DNA of 64,000 bases, from contig AP026679.1 in assembly GCA_025999155.1 (NCBI GenBank), positions 602,561 through 666,560 on the forward strand, given 5' to 3'. The position numbers were made by a program, and so were the translations under genes. The DNA is from Candidatus Dojkabacteria bacterium. Its GTDB lineage: Bacteria; Patescibacteriota; Dojkabacteria; JAOAGR01. Shown here piece by piece: positions 9,914 to 19,040 of the stretch (within the stretch, counting starts at the first letter, position 1; every line of letters begins with the position of its first letter). Below the pieces are notes generated by a model. It ran no database searches and was not told the DNA's origin. It was given only the letters and a program-made list of their open reading frames with translations.

Positions 9914-12022
9914 ATGTATAATCAAAAGTTTGTTTACGAGTTTGTCTTGGATGGAGTGCCTTTCCGTATTGAATCAGGGGAATTTGGTCTTTTAAGTCAT
10001 GTAGCTTTCTTAATTAGTTATGGTAATACTTCTGTCTATATTACAATCAATGTTGGCAAGCATAGTTCTGAGCTAGATTTTCTTCCATTAACCATAGAAT
10101 ATTCCGAGAAGTTGTACGCTGGCGGAATCATCTCATCTTCTCCCTATATTAAAAGGGAGGGGAAACCAACAGAAAGTGAAATATTGAAGGGGCGTTTGCT
10201 AGATCATGCGATTAGGTCGCTTTTTGATGATCGGTTCAAAATAGAGACTCAGATAATAGTACAAGTTTTTGCCTATGACAAAGTCAATGATCCATTGTAT
10301 GCGGCCCTTGTCGGTTTGAGTTTTGCTTTGATGTATTCGGGATTACCATTTTTAGGTCCTTATGGTGCTACAAAAGTCGGATATATTGATGGACAGATAG
10401 TATTAAACCCAAATTTAGAGCAAATGAATGCATCTCTTCTTGAGATGTTTGTATCGAGTGTAGAAAAAGGCGTTGTTTCTATAGAAGCAGATGCGAATGA
10501 TTTATCTGATAATATAATCAAAAATGCTATTGAGCGGGCCGTGCAACACAATCGATTGTTGATTGAAGAGCAGTACAACTTTATAAACAAGTATGGTCGA
10601 AAAAATTTTGCCTTTGTACAAGATGAACAAAAAGAATCTCTTTTAAATCAATTACATCAAGAAATCCTGCAAGTTTCTCAATCTGATATTGAAGATGCAC
10701 TTTATTTAGAAACGAAGGCTGCTAGAACAAAGGCTATTGAAGATATCAAATTCTCTCTTTTGGTAAAGTATAAAGATCAAATTGAGAATGGAGTATACAG
10801 AGAGGACGATATTAGCCAAACCTTAGAAAAAATATTTAAAAAAACATTTCGTTCAAATTTGTTAAGATTTGGTCGACGTTTTGATAATCGTAAGTTAGAT
10901 GAAGTACGTCCTCTTTCAATGAGAGTCGGTGTATTGCCTGGAGTACATGGATCTGCTTTATTTACAAGGGGCGAAACTCAAAGTTTGTCTATTGTTACTT
11001 TAGGCACGGACCGGGATGAGTTAATGTTTCAAGGTTTAGAGGGAGATTCCTCAAAAAGATATTTTCATCATTATAATATGCCTGGATATGCTAATGGGGA
11101 GATCGATAGAAAATTTGGCATGCCAAACCGTCGCGCCATTGGTCATGGAGCAATCGGAGAGAAAGCTTTAGATCCCGTTTTACCGTCCGAAGATGAATTT
11201 CCGTACACAATAAGAGTAGTATCGGAAATACTTACATCAAATGGATCTACATCTATGGCTGCCACTTGTGCATCAAGTTTAGCATTGATGGATGCAGGTG
11301 TGCCAATTAAAAAAGCCATTGGTGGTGTTGGACTTGGTCTAGTACTGGAAGAGGATACCGGTGAATATAGGATATTAACTGATATTATGGGAATGGAAGA
11401 TTTTTATGGTGATATGGATTTTAAAATTGCTGGGTCAAGAGATGGTATCACTGCTATCCAGTTAGATAATAAAAAGGCAGGAATTCCATTAGAGATAATT
11501 CTTGAGTCTATTGATAGGTCGAAATTGGCAAGATTGTTTATTTTGGATGAAATGGAGAAGTGTCTAGCATCTCCTAGAGCTCATTTGTCTCATAATGCTC
11601 CAAGAGTAAGGATAATAAAGATTAGTCCTGATAAAATAGGGGAATTAATAGGTTCTGGTGGTAAAACTATAAAGTCAATAATAGAGAAAAACAATGTAGA
11701 GATAAGTATTGAGGAAGATGGCCTAGTCAAAATATATTCTAGTAATGAACAAAGTTGTAACAATGCTGTTACTATGATTTATGGCGTTTTACAGGACTTA
11801 GAGCCTGGTATGGAAATGGACGCAAGGATTGTAAGGATAGAAAATTACGGTGCCTTTGTAGAAATTCTAAACACAAAGATCCAGGGGCTGATACATATTT
11901 CGAACCTTGGTTTAAAAAGGACTGAGAGCATACGAGATAACTTCAAAGTGGGTCAGGTCGTTTTGGTGAAATTTTTAGGATGCGATGAAAAAGGTCGTAA
12001 CAAGTTTGCTTTAGCTAAATAA
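9914..12022 (+). CDS. pnp: polyribonucleotide nucleotidyltransferase (PNPase)
   Basis: Two RNase PH domains (RPLSMRVGVLPGVHGSALFTRGETQ) plus C-terminal KH and S1 domains. The ORF track starts at 9887; the likely start is the ATG at 9914. Confidence 0.9.
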   Translation: MYNQKFVYEFVLDGVPFRIESGEFGLLSHVAFLISYGNTSVYITINVGKHSSELDFLPLTIEYSEKLYAGGIISSSPYIKREGKPTESEILKGRLLDHAIRSLFDDRFKIETQIIVQVFAYDKVNDPLYAALVGLSFALMYSGLPFLGPYGATKVGYIDGQIVLNPNLEQMNASLLEMFVSSVEKGVVSIEADANDLSDNIIKNAIERAVQHNRLLIEEQYNFINKYGRKNFAFVQDEQKESLLNQLHQEILQVSQSDIEDALYLETKAARTKAIEDIKFSLLVKYKDQIENGVYREDDISQTLEKIFKKTFRSNLLRFGRRFDNRKLDEVRPLSMRVGVLPGVHGSALFTRGETQSLSIVTLGTDRDELMFQGLEGDSSKRYFHHYNMPGYANGEIDRKFGMPNRRAIGHGAIGEKALDPVLPSEDEFPYTIRVVSEILTSNGSTSMAATCASSLALMDAGVPIKKAIGGVGLGLVLEEDTGEYRILTDIMGMEDFYGDMDFKIAGSRDGITAIQLDNKKAGIPLEIILESIDRSKLARLFILDEMEKCLASPRAHLSHNAPRVRIIKISPDKIGELIGSGGKTIKSIIEKNNVEISIEEDGLVKIYSSNEQSCNNAVTMIYGVLQDLEPGMEMDARIVRIENYGAFVEILNTKIQGLIHISNLGLKRTESIRDNFKVGQVVLVKFLGCDEKGRNKFALAK

Positions 12023-12051
12023 ATGATTATAATTAAGCTAATTGTTAGATT

Positions 12052-12477
12052 ATGGAGACCATAATGCGATTAAATGCATATCTTGCTAAATTTTCGAAGT
12101 TTATATTTGCTATATTTTTGCTGTTTTTATTCATTATTAATTTTATAAGTGTTCCTGCTGTTGCTAAATGTCCGGAAAATGTTGTGCCGAATCCGCTAGA
12201 TCCTAACTGTCAATTACAGCAACCCATCACTCTGGGCATGATTTTGAATCGAATCACTCCATTTATCCCAATTGCGGCAACAATTGCTGCAGTGTTCATG
12301 TTGATTGCAGGGGCGTTCGTGATGTTGACGTCTCAAAATGAGGAGGGACGACGTAAAGCGATACAGTTCTGGATTAATGCCGCCATTGGTCTGGTGCTTT
12401 TATTCTCGATATGGCTCATTTTATTTCTCATCTCGATATTTACTGGTGTGGATTTATTAAGTGCTGTAGGACAATGA
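12052..12477 (+). CDS. pilin-like secreted protein 1 (VirB2/TrbC-like topology: signal peptide, Cys region, C-terminal TM-loop-TM)
   Basis: Likely start at 12064 (MRLNAYLAKFSKFIFAIFLLF signal). C-terminal hairpin IAATIAAVFMLIAGAFVMLT-SQNEEGRRKAIQ-FWINAAIGLVLLFSIWL. Stop overlaps the next start (ATGA at 12474-12477). Confidence 0.45.
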   Translation: METIMRLNAYLAKFSKFIFAIFLLFLFIINFISVPAVAKCPENVVPNPLDPNCQLQQPITLGMILNRITPFIPIAATIAAVFMLIAGAFVMLTSQNEEGRRKAIQFWINAAIGLVLLFSIWLILFLISIFTGVDLLSAVGQ

Positions 12478-13118
12478 GATTATTATTCATCAGAAAGTTC
12501 AAACGGTATTTATCTCTTATATTCGTTTTTATTTTATCTGTTTGTTTTTTCTATTTTATTTCGGTGCATGTTTTTCAATCAAATGTTTTCGTACTGTTTG
12601 CTCCATCGCCAGTCTCCGCAGAGTCACGTTTGGAATGTCATGATCCTGCTTCCGATGTGTATGATTCTGCAGAATGCGTAAGGGTTAGGTTAGGTCTACA
12701 AGAGATTAAGACAGAGTCATTTCTTATACCCAGAAATCCGAATGACATCATTACATTAGTTTTTATTGTTGTGTTGGCGATTGCTTTCATGGTTTCAGTA
12801 TTTAGGGCTATACTAATAAGTATGAAGTTCTCTGCAGCTGGGGATAATGTGGAAAAGAGACAGGAAGCTCTAAAACAACTCGTGGCATCCCTAATTGCGG
12901 TGGCTGTGTCTTTTTCTGCTTTAGGTATAACTACGTTTATTGTAGTAGATTTACTAGGAGGTACGGTTAATAATACATTAGTTGATTGTGATAACTTACC
13001 AGCGAATGCCTCACAGGAATTAAAAGATAAGTGCAATTTATATATAAATAATGTAATTCCTACGCAAGATAGTGATCCTGGAAGGAGGCCTGTGGGTCCC
13101 ACTATGAGGGCAGAATAG
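12474..13118 (+). CDS. pilin-like secreted protein 2 (paralog)
   Basis: Signal-like N-terminus MRLLFIRKFKRYLSLIFVFIL. Hairpin LVFIVVLAIAFMVSVFRAILISM-KFSAAGDNVEKRQEALKQ-LVASLIAVAVSF. Cys-containing C-terminal tail. Confidence 0.45.
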   Translation: MRLLFIRKFKRYLSLIFVFILSVCFFYFISVHVFQSNVFVLFAPSPVSAESRLECHDPASDVYDSAECVRVRLGLQEIKTESFLIPRNPNDIITLVFIVVLAIAFMVSVFRAILISMKFSAAGDNVEKRQEALKQLVASLIAVAVSFSALGITTFIVVDLLGGTVNNTLVDCDNLPANASQELKDKCNLYINNVIPTQDSDPGRRPVGPTMRAE

Positions 13119-13171
13119 TTTTTTGTGATGAGTAGTATGGCTGTATAGGTTGCAAGTATACAAAAGTTGTA

Positions 13172-13801
13172 ATGTATGCTACAATTGTTTTGTACATTTA
13201 TATTATATTTATATTGATAGCTATGAAAATAGAATATACTAAAAATATTTCAGCAAAGATGGCTGTTCTGATATTTTTCCTTGCTGTGTTTGCTGTGGTG
13301 TTTTCGCTTAGCACCGTGGCGTATGCTCAGAATGCCAACAATAGTTGTGGTTCTGATCCATTAAGTGCTGCTTTCGGGTGTAACAGCATTATTAATAGTG
13401 GTAGAGGTATAGATATAGGTAGTATAATCACAATATTCTTTAGAGGTCTTTTAATTGCTTCTGGGGTATGGACTGTATGGCATTTTGCTCTTGCTGGCTT
13501 TAAGATTGGTGGTGCAAAAGAAGACGCTACAAAGAGGCAGGAAGGAATAAAGGCTGCTGTAAATGCCGTTTTAGGTCTTGTTGTCGCGCTGTTATCTTTT
13601 GGGGCGACTTCGCTTATTGCAGGTGCCGTAGGAGGAAGTGCGGCTATTTCTGCTGTAGGAACGCCGTGTACTGCTGTAGATGACCAAACTCAATTATTAT
13701 TTACAGGATTTATGGAGCAGGAGGGAGGATCTGTGTATTGTGTTTTGAGGGATGCACAAGGTAACCAACTCCGTAGGGGCCCTGTTACTTCAAGGACATA
13801 A
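13172..13801 (+). CDS. pilin-like secreted protein 3 (paralog)
   Basis: Alternative start at 13223 (MKIEYTKNISAKMAVLIFFLAVFAVVFSLSTVAYA). Hairpin GVWTVWHFALAGF-KIGGAKEDATKRQEGIKA-AVNAVLGLVVALLSFGA. Confidence 0.45.
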   Translation: MYATIVLYIYIIFILIAMKIEYTKNISAKMAVLIFFLAVFAVVFSLSTVAYAQNANNSCGSDPLSAAFGCNSIINSGRGIDIGSIITIFFRGLLIASGVWTVWHFALAGFKIGGAKEDATKRQEGIKAAVNAVLGLVVALLSFGATSLIAGAVGGSAAISAVGTPCTAVDDQTQLLFTGFMEQEGGSVYCVLRDAQGNQLRRGPVTSRT

Positions 13802-13905
13802 CGTGGTTATATAATTGACCAACAAACCGTCTGGTCATATTGTCTTTTATCGCTGCGATTTCGTGTCAATTTGTGTTTTATGGCCCGCTAATGCCGGATT
13901 GATTA

Positions 13906-13982
13906 GAGCCATTAGCTCAGTTGGTTAGAGCACGGTTCTTATAAAGCCGGGGTCGCTGGTTCAAGCCCAGCATGGCTCACCA
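13906..13982 (+). tRNA. tRNA-Ile with unusual anticodon TAT (UAU), CCA encoded
   Basis: GAGCCAT/ATGGCTC acceptor stem, D-arm GCTCAGTTGGTTAGAGC, anticodon stem CGGTT/AGCCG with loop CTTATAA, T-arm GCTGGTTCAAGCCCAGC. Confidence 0.8.
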
Positions 13983-14039
13983 CTTGTGTTTATATATTTT
14001 GTAGACTATTTTCAGGGTTTGACAAATTGATTGGAAGAT

Positions 14040-14215
14040 CAACGTAGAAAGTCTAGCATTTAATGGTGAAGGTCATGCACGTCATTTACCAAAAATTCAA
14101 TATCTGATATATCAAAAGATGGGTCGGTGTAAAGGAATACTGGTTCAAGGAGAGTGGAACCGAGGTAACACGCCTCTCTACCATTGCTTGGTAGGGGGGT
14201 TTTTTATTTTATAAA
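14040..14215 (+). promoter_or_regulatory. putative T-box riboswitch leader of thrS (Thr ACC specifier, T-box-like sequence, terminator)
   Basis: GGTGA (GNUGA-like) at 14064-14068; ACC followed by A at 14088-14091; AAGGAGAGTGGAACCGAGG at 14147-14165 resembles the T-box consensus AGGGTGGNACCGCGG; terminator hairpin and T-run at 14176-14210. thrS starts at 14265. Confidence 0.45.
14176..14210 (+). terminator. intrinsic terminator/attenuator hairpin (CTCTACCA-TTGCT-TGGTAGGGGGG) followed by a T-run
   Basis: Stem CTACCA/TGGTAG, then GGGGGG TTTTTTATTTT; lies inside the thrS leader. Confidence 0.55.
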
Positions 14216-14264
14216 AGATTTGTAGAATCTAATTATTAGAACACACAGAATAATTCAAATAGCT

Positions 14265-16013
14265 ATGAACGAGCAAAACCAAATATACAAAATTCGACAT
14301 TCGCTGGCACATGTGCTAGCTCAAGCTGTACAACATTTGTATAGTAATGTGAAATTAGGTATCGGTCCTGTAATTGAAAACGGGTTTTATTACGATTTTA
14401 TATTTGAAGAACCGATCAATGAAGAAGCTCTGCCAAAATTAGAAGATGAAATGCGCAAAATAATTACGAAGAACTACAATTTTGAGAAGAGTATAATGAA
14501 AAAAAGTGAGGCTGTAGAGATGCTGTATAGGGTCAATCAGCCGTTTAAAGCTGAATTAGCAAATGAAATTCAAGATGATGAGGTGAGCTTTTATACGGAC
14601 GGTGATTTTATGGACTTATGCAAGGGGCCTCATGTATCTAATACTTCTGAAATTAATCCGGATGCTTTCAAATTAACCAGTATTGCTGGCGCGTACTGGC
14701 GTGGTGATGAAAAAAGACCTATGATGCAAAGAATTTATGGTGTTGCTTTTGAAACAAAAGAAGAGTTAGATGAATATTTAAGAGTGCAAGAAGAAGCAAA
14801 AAAACGTGATCATCGTAAATTAGGTAAACAACTTGAACTATTCACTTTTTCTGATTTGGTTGGCCCAGGACTGCCTTTATTTACTCCTAGAGGTACGTAT
14901 ATAAGAGATCAGTTAATAGCTTTTTCGGAGCAATTACAGCAAGAAGCTGGTTTTGAGCGAGTTTGCATTCCGCATTTAGCAAAAAGTGATTTGTATAAAG
15001 TATCTGGACATTGGGATAAATATAAAGAAAATTTATTTCATGTACACAGTAATCAGTCCGACGACGAATTTGTCATAAGACCGATGAATTGTCCTCATCA
15101 TGCTCAAATTTATGCCTCTGCTAAAAGGAGCTATCGCGATTTACCTATCCGTTATCTTGAATCTACTACGTGTTATAGAGACGAAAAAACCGGCGAATTG
15201 TTAGGTCTTTCTAGGGTCCGTTCTTTGACACAGGATGATGCGCATATTTTTTGTAGAGATGATCAGGTCAAGGATGAATTGATTATGGTATTAGGGTTGG
15301 TACGCAAGCTATATCAAGCTTTAGGTATGAATTTTCGTGCTCGATTATCTTTTCGGGATCCAAATACGCCAGAAAAATATTTAGGTACTGATGAAGAATG
15401 GCAGCGGACACAAGATTTGTTAAAGGATGCTGTTGAAGAAGCTGGGCTGGAGTATTACATTGCTGAAGGTGAGGCTGCCTTTTATGGGCCAAAAATTGAT
15501 ATAATGGTCAAAGACGCTTTGGGTAGAGAGTGGCAGTGTGCTACTCAACAAGTTGATTATTTTCAGCCACAAAGATTCGGATTGACATATACAGATTCTG
15601 ATGGCAAAGAAAAACCTGTGGTGATGATTCATAAAGCACTCTTAGGATCAGTTGAACGTTTTATGTCTGTTTATATAGAGCACACTGCAGGTAATTTTCC
15701 TTTGTGGTTGTGTTATGAAAAGGCTGTTGTTATACCGGTTTCAAATGAGAAGCATGTTGAATACGCTCATAAGGTTGCCAAACAATTAAATAATATGGGA
15801 TTGCGTTCTTATGCGGATGATGGGAACGAGACTATGGCAAATAAAATACGTAAGGCTCAATTGACTAAGATTCCTTATATGTTAATTGTAGGAGATAAAG
15901 AACAAGACAATGATGCGGTATCTGTAAGATTGCGGAATGGTATAAATTTAGGTCTGATGTCAATAGATGAATTAGCGGAGAGAATGCGAAACGAGATAGC
16001 CAATAAAGTATGA
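14265..16013 (+). CDS. thrS: threonyl-tRNA synthetase (lacks N-terminal TGS domain)
   Basis: 582 aa; second additional domain RHSLAHVLAQAV; class II catalytic core (FRDPNTPEKYLG, HRKLGKQLELF); C-terminal anticodon-binding domain. Confidence 0.9.
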   Translation: MNEQNQIYKIRHSLAHVLAQAVQHLYSNVKLGIGPVIENGFYYDFIFEEPINEEALPKLEDEMRKIITKNYNFEKSIMKKSEAVEMLYRVNQPFKAELANEIQDDEVSFYTDGDFMDLCKGPHVSNTSEINPDAFKLTSIAGAYWRGDEKRPMMQRIYGVAFETKEELDEYLRVQEEAKKRDHRKLGKQLELFTFSDLVGPGLPLFTPRGTYIRDQLIAFSEQLQQEAGFERVCIPHLAKSDLYKVSGHWDKYKENLFHVHSNQSDDEFVIRPMNCPHHAQIYASAKRSYRDLPIRYLESTTCYRDEKTGELLGLSRVRSLTQDDAHIFCRDDQVKDELIMVLGLVRKLYQALGMNFRARLSFRDPNTPEKYLGTDEEWQRTQDLLKDAVEEAGLEYYIAEGEAAFYGPKIDIMVKDALGREWQCATQQVDYFQPQRFGLTYTDSDGKEKPVVMIHKALLGSVERFMSVYIEHTAGNFPLWLCYEKAVVIPVSNEKHVEYAHKVAKQLNNMGLRSYADDGNETMANKIRKAQLTKIPYMLIVGDKEQDNDAVSVRLRNGINLGLMSIDELAERMRNEIANKV

Positions 16014-17053
16014 AATTTTTGCTACAAACTCAGATAGGAGTTGAAAAGATCACGGTACGAGAGTTACTAAGTAAGATCAGGAGTACTTATAGTATAGATT
16101 TTTTGGGATTTGTACCACACAAAAATGGTATTGTGCAGATTGATTGGCGTGATAAGAGCCGTTTTGAGTATCAAAATCTAGGAACGGTCGAAGATGTATT
16201 TTTTGTAGTAAATTATGTAAAAAATATCCCGTATAGCATCCAAGCTAAAGATATTGTCAAGTTTATTGATTCTAGAGGACTAAGAAGCAATATTGACTAT
16301 TTTTTTGATGTGTTGAACCCTTTCTCGAGCGATAAAAAATTTAGATTTATAGTGAGAAAAAAGTCCCCTCACAGTTTCCGACGTATTGACTTACAAGAGG
16401 TAATTAAGACACTTTTTAATAAAAATATTAAAAGAGTTCAAGTTACTGCAGAAGAGGGAGTGAAAGAGATTTGGGTTACGTTGTTAAAAAATCGCTTAAT
16501 AATAGCAATAAGACTTACTACTAAGATACAAAGACAGGGAAAATATAAGACACAAGGCATTCCTGGTGCATTACGTCCTACTGTAGCGTATGCTATGAAT
16601 TTTATAAGCGAAATACGTTCGAATGACGTAGTTTGGGATCCATTTTGTGGGTCTGGTACTATCCCCTGTGAGATGGTAGAACATTTTAAATTTAAAAGAT
16701 TGATATGCTCTGACGTTTCTGAAAATGCTTTATTCATTACGAAATCTAATCTAGAAAATGTAGAAAACTATAAAAGAGTAAAAAGTAAAGTCTCACTACG
16801 TGTAGAAAATTTTTTTGCGTCAAAAAGTTATTCGGACTTAATTATTACGAATTTGCCTTTTGGAATACAACATGGCAGAGATGAGGATTTCGTTCGGCGG
16901 TTTATTGATAAAATACAAAGTATTAAAAATCTTCGGCAAATTACTGTTTTATTTCCAGAATTAATCAATATCTCAGGTTGGCAACGTACAAGTAAATTTC
17001 ATTTACAGGTGAAAGGTAGACATTGCATATTGCAAGTTTTAAGAAAATTATAG
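16010..17053 (+). CDS. THUMP-domain class I SAM-dependent RNA methyltransferase
   Basis: 347 aa; SAM motif VWDPFCGSGTIPCE; NLPFG catalytic-type motif; ATGA overlap with the thrS stop. Confidence 0.55.
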   Translation: MKFLLQTQIGVEKITVRELLSKIRSTYSIDFLGFVPHKNGIVQIDWRDKSRFEYQNLGTVEDVFFVVNYVKNIPYSIQAKDIVKFIDSRGLRSNIDYFFDVLNPFSSDKKFRFIVRKKSPHSFRRIDLQEVIKTLFNKNIKRVQVTAEEGVKEIWVTLLKNRLIIAIRLTTKIQRQGKYKTQGIPGALRPTVAYAMNFISEIRSNDVVWDPFCGSGTIPCEMVEHFKFKRLICSDVSENALFITKSNLENVENYKRVKSKVSLRVENFFASKSYSDLIITNLPFGIQHGRDEDFVRRFIDKIQSIKNLRQITVLFPELINISGWQRTSKFHLQVKGRHCILQVLRKL

Positions 17054-17200
17054 GTTTGTTCACAAAAGCGTTGATATTTGAAGAATCAATACGTTTTTTA
17101 TTGAATATCACAATCACATTATCTTAGCCTTATCAATACTGAATTTATATAGTATACTCCTAATGGGAATCCTGCCGTATTAGTAAAATAGTCACACGGA

Positions 17201-17293
17201 GGAGAGGTACCCAAGTGGCTGAAGGGGCGGGTTTGCTAAACCTGTAGTAGGGAGAAATCCCTAGCGAGGGTTCGAATCCCTCTCTCTCCGCCA
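17201..17293 (+). tRNA. tRNA-Ser (anticodon GCT), long variable arm, CCA encoded
   Basis: GGAGAGG acceptor stem, 3-bp D-stem CCC/GGG, anticodon loop TTGCTAA, variable arm TAGTAGGGAGAAATCCCTAGC, T-arm GAGGGTTCGAATCCCTC, GCCA. Confidence 0.9.
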
Positions 17294-18349
17294 GTTTAAA
17301 TATGTTGATGCAGTTTATTGATGCTTGTTTTTGGTTGATTTAAAGTTTTGATTGTAAGTTTGTGTTGAGGAATTTTTGTTGTGCTATTTACTATAAAATT
17401 CTCGTTTATCTCAGCAAATCCATAAAATTTTCTCTTAGCACGTGGAGATTTTCATCTATAAATAAACCTAGGTCTTTGGACTCTATAAAAGAAGGGTATA
17501 TGTTCATTAGTGATACGAGTATTACGTGCATCTAATATACCTATCAATTGAAAATTTAAATTTGTACGTAATAAATCCTGATAAACAAAAATAATATCGT
17601 CACGCACTATTTTAATATATTCGTCTCTAGTAATCTCGTGAGGTACTAATGGAACTTAGGCTTATTGACAATACTAATTCTTCAATACACGTAAAAGGAT
17701 ATAAATAGGAATGATGCTGTATGCATTGCCGCTTTAGTCAAGATTAATTGACAGTCTGCATCAAAGAATGTTTTATTGAGATAAAAAATGTCAAAAGTAT
17801 TTGTCACCGTCTTTCGGTACATTTCTACTGCCTCCTGATTTTGTGAATCGATGTAGATGTGTTGTACACCAATAGATCTTTGAAAAAATCATAAGTGTTC
17901 GAGCAGGTAAATTGCCCTCCGAAGAATCTTTGAATCTTTTTTCGTAAATATTAATCTGACAATCAAAGTGATCCTTACAAAGTCTGAGTATTTTGAGAAG
18001 CAGGGAATGATCAGAATTATTCTTATTCTCGAGATGTAAGAGTACATAAAACTGAAATGCTTTTTATGCGTTTGTGCTGAAGTATTGAATTCAGCCGATT
18101 CAATACTCGGTCGACCGTCATGAAATCACAAAATCTAATATGGATCTAGTATAGATTGTTTTTGGCTTTCATCCATTAATTCCGCAATCTTTTTCTGCTT
18201 GTAACTTTTGTAGGCCCTCAAAGGTCCGTAATTTAGGTATTACTCACGTAGTGTTTTCCCATCTAGATTAAACGACTTCAAGTAGATCTTTTAAATCCTC
18301 CTCGTTGAAATTAATGCCTTGAGTATTGTTTATTACCAGTAAGCGATGT

Positions 18350-18903
18350 TTAGTAGCTTCCCAGAATATCCGCTAAATCATTGATCTCCTTAGCTACCAT
18401 CAGGTATTCCGATGTCGGCCATGCGACTACTATAAGTCTATCATTGTCATTTCCGTACACACTACGGTTAATATGCTCAACACCAGCTTCCCGATCTATG
18501 AGAATATAGTCATATTCCTGAGTCTTATTTAGGTGTCTCAGCATATAATTGAGTGCATTATTATAAGAACATAAGCAAGAGTTTTTTTCATGATGGCCCA
18601 TAAATCCATAATCGAATCTTGTTCCGTTATAACTCAAGTGTTGCAATATGATGTGTTTTAGATGAATTGAAAAAGCTTTCAGAATATTCATCCCAGTTTT
18701 GGGGTACTAAATTATCTAGCTTTCCTATTGGTTGAATATCAGGACTGTCGATTCCCATTGACTGCAACAAATTGGCTGATGGGTCGGCATCGATAACTAA
18801 GCACCTTTTTATCGGTCGATCCTTGCAAGATGAAATGTAAGGCTAGGGAAAATATCGTGGTCTTTCCCGCGCCACCTTTGCCGGAAAAAATTATTCTTCT
18901 CAT
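18350..18903 (-). pseudogene. ParA/MinD/CooC-family P-loop ATPase remnant (in-frame stops and frame changes)
   Basis: Minus-strand N-terminus MRRIIFSGKGGAGKTTIF (deviant Walker A), then stops. ORF 18350..18691 carries YDYILIDREAGVEHINRSV, typical of MinD/CooC C-terminal halves. Confidence 0.55.
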
Positions 18904-19040
18904 CTTTACTCTAATATTAACACATTATTCTCAGATTGTAAATGTATTTGCGCGTTTATAAATTTATAACTTATGCTAAACGATCTCTTACTTAAGAATT
19001 CTATTTATTCACAAATTGCTGATTCAAAATGTTGTATCAC

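Noticed and set aside
12411-12473. 63-nt N-terminal extension of pilin-like gene 2 (MAHFISHLDIYWCGFIKCCRT)
   Set aside because: It overlaps the 3' end of gene 1. The ATG at 12474 gives a typical signal peptide and an ATGA-coupled start, so the extension is probably not translated.
14019-14047. Sigma70-like promoter (TTGACA at 14019-14024) for the thrS leader
   Set aside because: The -35 hexamer is perfect, but no convincing -10 hexamer lies at 16-18 nt spacing (ACGTAG/TAGAAA), so it is not called as a feature.
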